DNA of 64,000 nt from the NCBI GenBank assembly GCA_965644295.1, contig CBFFRP010000338.1:236181-300180 (forward strand), in the 5' to 3' direction. How positions within the stretch are numbered: the stretch's first letter is position 1; every line of letters begins with the position of its first letter. Positions 62,135-64,000 of this stretch are shown piece after piece. Source of the DNA: Paraphysomonas bandaiensis. Its lineage: Eukaryota; Protista; Chrysophyceae. The position numbers were made by a program, and so were the translations under genes. The notes below the pieces were generated by a model that saw only the letters and a list, made by a program, of their open reading frames with translations, was not told the DNA's origin and ran no database searches.

Positions 62135-62774
62135 TGTAACTTTTCTGTGCCCGCAGATGACTCACAAACCGTGACTCAACTCTGAATGGACCAAGAAAAG
62201 ATGATCTCTTGTCTAGACTCTACAACCCACCAAAATAGTATCCGCCAGCGGGCTGCGATACTGTCCAGGGCGCAACGACGGGCGCACTGCCAGAAACACT
62301 AACAAACCGTAGGTGCTCTTTAAGAAAAGTAAATTATAAAGTCAGTGACAAGAATGAGCAAACACCCATCTCGTTCAACGTAGGTCAACACTACACTACG
62401 ATCAACACTTCACTCTCGAAAAACAATATTCACGTACTAAAACCAATATTCACATACGAAAACTTCGACTATCTACGAAATCACGTATTTTGTACTAAAA
62501 CTTCGAAGTTCTGGACTTCAGTCCAAATCGAATGTGAATCGCCATCAGAAACTGAAAAACGTATCTCAGCTACTAAACTAAAAACCTCGAATGTCGTAAA
62601 CTGAAAAAGGTAAGTCCCAAATACAGTGAATATACCCTGTATATGACAACCTCTATATGCTTATGCATATCATATATATACCATATACTGCTCCAGATAT
62701 ATACGATATATACACACTATATACAGTACAGTATTCTATATACAAATACACGCAGTGTATACTGCTGCGTGACA
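62135..62774 (-). repeat. Gypsy 5' LTR
   Basis: Direct repeat of 56267-56906. Confidence 0.97.
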
Positions 62775-64000
62775 CGCAACTGTGGTCTGAAGCTTGGACT
62801 GCCAGGCCAATGCGCCCGCACATAAAAACACAATGTATCCCGTTGTGGATCGCCGAGTCATCCTATCCCCAGCCCAATCTGAATCACTGAATACATGTAA
62901 ATCAAACTCACTCCCACTGAATCTGATTCCCTTATCAACTGTACTACGTAAATATTTCAACAAATGAATAGCTAATCTGCAAGTCGCATATGTTGGAGAA
63001 GTACTAAATCGAGCCAATAACCCCACAGCGTAAGCCAGATCAGGTCTAGTGTGAATCGCCAAATGCAACACCGCTCCAATAATTCCTCTATACGGAAATG
63101 ATTCGACCCACTGCTTCTGCTCCTCCGTCAGCTCACGTTGATCTGTCAACAAATCCTGAACATTGGTAGGTAGTGGAGTCTCCTTATTCTTACTGCTCTT
63201 TCCCATAAACGAACTGAATTTCTTTACAATATTCTTGGCATATTCCGATTGATCTAACATGTACCAGTCCTCGCCTCTCGTGATTCTGATATTCAGAAAC
63301 CGTTTGCACACACCCAGATCGTGCATTTCAAACGTTTCGCAGAACCTACGTTTAACACTTTTTCTAAGTAGGTGAGATCAGCAGATGCAATGATAATATC
63401 ATCAACATATATCAGCAATAAGTGCAATTGACCATTACTCCATCGCATATACAAGCATGTATCTAAAATGCAAGCAGTAAAATGTAACGATTTGATGAAC
63501 TTGTCAATATGCTTGTTCCACTGCCTCGGTGATGACCGCAAACCATATAAAGCCTTGATCAATTGAAAACACCACCCCGCTGGCAACTCTTCATCAGGTG
63601 GAGGTGCCATATAAACATCCTCTTCAAGATCGGCATAACAAAACGCTGATGATACATCCAACTGATGTACATGCATATGGAACATAAATGCAATTGCAAG
63701 AACCAGTCGAATGGTTATTCCCTTGACCACTGGAGCAAACGTGGACTGCTCCTCCTCCGTTTTTTCTTGTAGATTCCCTAATGCAACCAGCCGCGCCTTA
63801 TACTTGACTACGTTCCCCAGAAGGTCTCTCTTCACCGTGTGAACATACTTTGCTCGCACCAACTTCACTCCTCGTGGAGTCCGCACAATCTTTAAGACAC
63901 GTCTCTTCAGTAGTGAGGTCTTCTCCACCTTCCGAGCTTCTCTCCACTTCATGTACTGTGGAGATCTCTCTGCTTCAGCATAGGAGTCTGGTGTCTTAAA

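Larger units (their letters stand above)
56267..62774 (-). mobile_element. Ty3/Gypsy chromodomain-bearing LTR retrotransposon, non-autonomous (no RT visible), 6508 bp
   Basis: Two 640-bp TG..CA LTRs, 4-bp TSD CGCA (56263-56266, 62775-62778), and PPT GGAAGGAAAAAGAGGGTAG at 56907-56925. Confidence 0.96.
55391..64000 (-). mobile_element. Ty1/Copia retrotransposon (RT, RNase H, probable 3' LTR at about 55391-55858), running off the window and interrupted by a Gypsy insertion
   Basis: YKARLVA, QLDV, KALYGL, YVDD, RPDL, SDSDWAG, KHIDIKYH and ADIFTK. Frameshift near 63355. A purine-rich tract then TGTTTTAG follows the stop. The left LTR boundary is uncertain. Confidence 0.93.

Overview
Eukaryotic nuclear DNA: AT-rich, compact, with short GT-AG introns (about 45-145 nt). 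The gene content (tectonic, calmodulin, IQ protein, p25alpha protein, dynactin p27, Rh-type ammonium channel, EF-hand NADPH oxidase) points to a flagellated protist; a stramenopile such as a chrysophyte is my inference. The window has four parts. (1) 1-19.4 kb holds mostly host genes. (2) 19.4-40.5 kb is an accessory, TE-rich island: hAT derivatives, a decayed Copia, a RING-ARM gene, a LINE 3' fragment, an endogenous Polinton/virophage-like fragment, and a tandem duplication that doubles a SET-domain gene. (3) 40.5-54.5 kb is a second host-gene block. (4) 55-64 kb is a Copia element interrupted by a very young but RT-less Gypsy element. Main observations: an intact IMPDH paralogue that has lost its catalytic Cys and flap (candidate pseudoenzyme); a Polinton/virophage adenain protease remnant next to a Gly-Gly-motif basic protein; long (CATA)n arrays sitting in divergent promoters, each oriented to the nearest gene; duplicated SET genes with fast-evolving basic tails; and an ARM solenoid with a variable di-residue per repeat. 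All calls come from reading the sequence and motifs by eye; no database searches were run.
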